From a virus (lineage: Duplodnaviria > Caudoviricetes), in the IMG/VR virus record IMGVR_UViG_3300025403_000035, positions 1 through 27,645 of that record: DNA of 27,645 bases; one strand, 5' to 3'. The translations under genes were made by a program, and so were the position numbers. Under the pieces are notes generated by a model. That model made no database searches and had not been told where the DNA came from. It saw nothing but the letters and a program-made list of their open reading frames with translations. Numbering within the stretch: the first letter of the stretch is position 1; the number at the start of each line of letters is the position of its first letter. Shown here piece by piece: positions 25,335 through 27,645 of this stretch.

Positions 25335-27645
25335 ATGACCAAACCCAAGTATCCCCGTTCTGAGGCATTGGAACTGGCTCGACTCAACGCCATCAAGATG
25401 CTGGGTCTGCATGAGAACAACACACCAGACGAGCGGGCAAAAGCGCTTGGGTTTTTGTTGGATCAACCTTTATATCACGGGACTCAAAGCGATTTTCCTG
25501 CATTTCAAAAAAGCAATCGACACAGTACATACGCCACAGAAGACCCGGAAATTGCGGACATTTATGCAGAGTCAGAAAGACGCCCCGGTAATGCTGGGCC
25601 AAATGTTATGCCTTTAGTCGCTAGAGGCAAGAAATTAACTGTGTCTGATACAGAGCCAAACCATCCAAACAATCATGGGTTTTTTAACGACAATTTAGCC
25701 AAACAATTGGGGGTTCCATGGCAAAGAGGATTGCTAAAGCAATTGCCTAAGCATGGATATGACCGTCTTGAAGTCAATGACATGACTGATCTTGGCGGCA
25801 TTCAAACACAACACATGTTTCCAGAGCCAGAAGTACTGCGCTCACGCTTTGCGGCGTTTGACCCAGCACGAGCACACGAAAACGATTTACATGCAGCCCA
25901 AGGAGGCAACGTGGAACCTACGATTGAAGAAATGCGGCAAGCTGTCCTTAACCAGAAGCCGGTCAAAGCTGAGGGTGGCAGAGTTCCAGAGCACGACCTG
26001 CTGCATCACCCCGGTCAATCAAAGATGATCGGTGAAGAGCACGTTTTGCACAACTCGCCCGAACTCAAGATTACCAAGGCAAAGCACTCGCATCCAAAGT
26101 TTAATTCGTACAGATATTTGTCATACCAAAATAATGAGCCAGTTGGGGTGCTGCAATTCATGACAGACGGAGAAACACCCAAGTCTGCCGTCATTCAAAA
26201 CGCCTACGTTAAATCAAACATGCAGCGTCAAGGCATTGGATCAAATTTGTTGGCAAGAGCGCGACAAGACTTTGACTTAAAGCACAGCGATGAATTAAGT
26301 GAGGCAGGCAAAGCGTTTGCCGCCAAAACAAAAGCCCAAGGAGGCAACGTAAACCATTTTGCCAAAGGCGGCTCGGAAAAGGCCTTGCACTTCCCTCCAG
26401 CACCATCACTCAGCCAAGCCGAGATCAATGCTCATGCAGAGCGCATGGCTCGTCAGATCGAAGGCATCGACAACCCAAACAAGAAAATCCAAAAGCAACT
26501 GGCTCGAGAGCAGAACCTGCCCGTGACCATCAAAGGCGCCAAGAAGGCCGATGTGCCTGTGATCGACTATGAGAAGCTGCTCGGCTCCTACACGGTCGGT
26601 GTGCCCGGTGATCCAAGCCGCGGTGGTGTCGTTCCCTCAAAGGGCAAGAAGCGCCTCGGTTTAGAAATGCTTAAAGCCGGTGAGACGCTCCATGCTATCG
26701 GCGGCGAGAAGCTGGACACTCCAGTTCCTTTGTATGGCGGTAAGGACTACGGCGCCTACGGCCACCCTGCTGGCTGGGCCAGTGACTTGGGTGCAAGTGC
26801 TGGGATGTTCAACGTGGTCAAGCGCTTGGCTGAAGAGAACCCTGAGCGGGCTGTCTATGGCCACTACCACAAGATGTCGCCTGAGTCGCTTAATCATGCG
26901 GTTCACATGCTGGACGCCGTGTTGTCTCACCACCGGCCTCATGAGTCGTCGCCTAAGCAGATCGAGATGCTGAACCACCTGATGCGCAACGTGGCCACGA
27001 CCACTGGCAAGTCAGATGTTCCTTATCCTACGTTCCCCGGCTTTGAGAACCCAGCCGACGTGATGCTGCATGGCTCGATGAACTCTGGCATGCGCAAGAA
27101 GATCATTGGCTTGTTGGGCAAGGAGAAGAACTTCCCCGGCGGCAAGCAAAAGCTGGACGACATCATCTATGCGATCAGTCACCCTGAGTTGCGCAACATC
27201 GAGACTGGCGCTGGTGGTAATGCCGTGATCAAGTTTGACCCAACCCGTGAACTGCGTGAGAGCATTTCGCCCCACCCAACTTATGGCCACGACATCCCGT
27301 CTGAGTTGGTTGGCAAGACCCGCTACATCACGCCCATGGAAATCTTGGCGCCGCGGTCATACAACAACTCTGTTCAACGGAACATTGGTAAGCCCGTGAT
27401 GCCATTCAACGATGCCAAGATGAACATCATCCGTGAACCGATTGACCAACAGTATGTTGACCAAATGAAAGCTTACGAAGAAGCAATGCGCAAAAGACTT
27501 GGCTACGCCAAAGGAGGCGATGTAAAAGAACCAACCATCGACGAGATGCAAGCCGCTCTGGCATTGCGCAAATCGCACATGGCTGCCGGTGGCCAACCCA
27601 AGAACCCGTTTGACTATGAGAACCCAGAGCATGTGGCCAACGTGG
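25335..27645 (+). CDS. Polyvalent multi-domain protein: ADP-ribosyltransferase-like + GNAT + unknown domains (3'-truncated; missing from the ORF track)
   Basis: Hand-translated as 770 open codons from ATG 25335 (GAGGT RBS). Motifs: LYHGT (YHGT at 25473), YAT..P.IA..YA, GYD, LRSRFAAFDP; GNAT motif A QRQGIG (26223); third domain with GDPS.GG, YGG..Y, WAS, HPTY. Confidence 0.85.
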   Translation, partial: MTKPKYPRSEALELARLNAIKMLGLHENNTPDERAKALGFLLDQPLYHGTQSDFPAFQKSNRHSTYATEDPEIADIYAESERRPGNAGPNVMPLVARGKKLTVSDTEPNHPNNHGFFNDNLAKQLGVPWQRGLLKQLPKHGYDRLEVNDMTDLGGIQTQHMFPEPEVLRSRFAAFDPARAHENDLHAAQGGNVEPTIEEMRQAVLNQKPVKAEGGRVPEHDLLHHPGQSKMIGEEHVLHNSPELKITKAKHSHPKFNSYRYLSYQNNEPVGVLQFMTDGETPKSAVIQNAYVKSNMQRQGIGSNLLARARQDFDLKHSDELSEAGKAFAAKTKAQGGNVNHFAKGGSEKALHFPPAPSLSQAEINAHAERMARQIEGIDNPNKKIQKQLAREQNLPVTIKGAKKADVPVIDYEKLLGSYTVGVPGDPSRGGVVPSKGKKRLGLEMLKAGETLHAIGGEKLDTPVPLYGGKDYGAYGHPAGWASDLGASAGMFNVVKRLAEENPERAVYGHYHKMSPESLNHAVHMLDAVLSHHRPHESSPKQIEMLNHLMRNVATTTGKSDVPYPTFPGFENPADVMLHGSMNSGMRKKIIGLLGKEKNFPGGKQKLDDIIYAISHPELRNIETGAGGNAVIKFDPTRELRESISPHPTYGHDIPSELVGKTRYITPMEILAPRSYNNSVQRNIGKPVMPFNDAKMNIIREPIDQQYVDQMKAYEEAMRKRLGYAKGGDVKEPTIDEMQAALALRKSHMAAGGQPKNPFDYENPEHVANV

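Noticed and set aside
25393-27632. Short ORFs listed by the track after terL
   Set aside because: All overlap the continuous 25335 frame, which the track omitted because it has no stop in the window.

Overview
This is a 27.6 kb segment of a tailed dsDNA phage genome, probably podovirus-like with a proteobacterial host (inferred). From left to right it holds: (1) the end of the virion operon, four large low-complexity internal/ejection-type proteins, one with a lytic transglycosylase domain, closed by a terminator; (2) a leftward early operon with a PD-(D/E)XK nuclease, an SSB-like protein and small ORFs; (3) a divergent control region with a Cro/YdaS-like gene but no CI or integrase; (4) a ParB-like protein, an SF2 helicase and a TOPRIM primase; (5) about 1 kb of non-coding DNA packed with structured RNA candidates, including a 149-nt tRNA-shaped RNA with a 76-nt insert; (6) a 2OG-Fe(II) oxygenase, RuvC-like and Ref/HNH-like nucleases and many small cassette-like ORFs; (7) terS and terL; (8) a >770-aa ORF that the ORF track missed (25335 to the window end). 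Three signals stand out. First, the last ORF is a string of effector domains (ADP-ribosyltransferase-like, GNAT, unknown) separated by paired A-x-G-G linkers, and the same motif recurs in the ejection proteins, which suggests a processed or virion-targeted polyprotein. Second, the ncRNA cluster. Third, a dispersed palindrome CCAGTTWAACTGG(AC) occurs twice inside the parB-like gene and twice flanking a perfect DnaA box. All family calls come from motifs recognised by eye; no searches were run.
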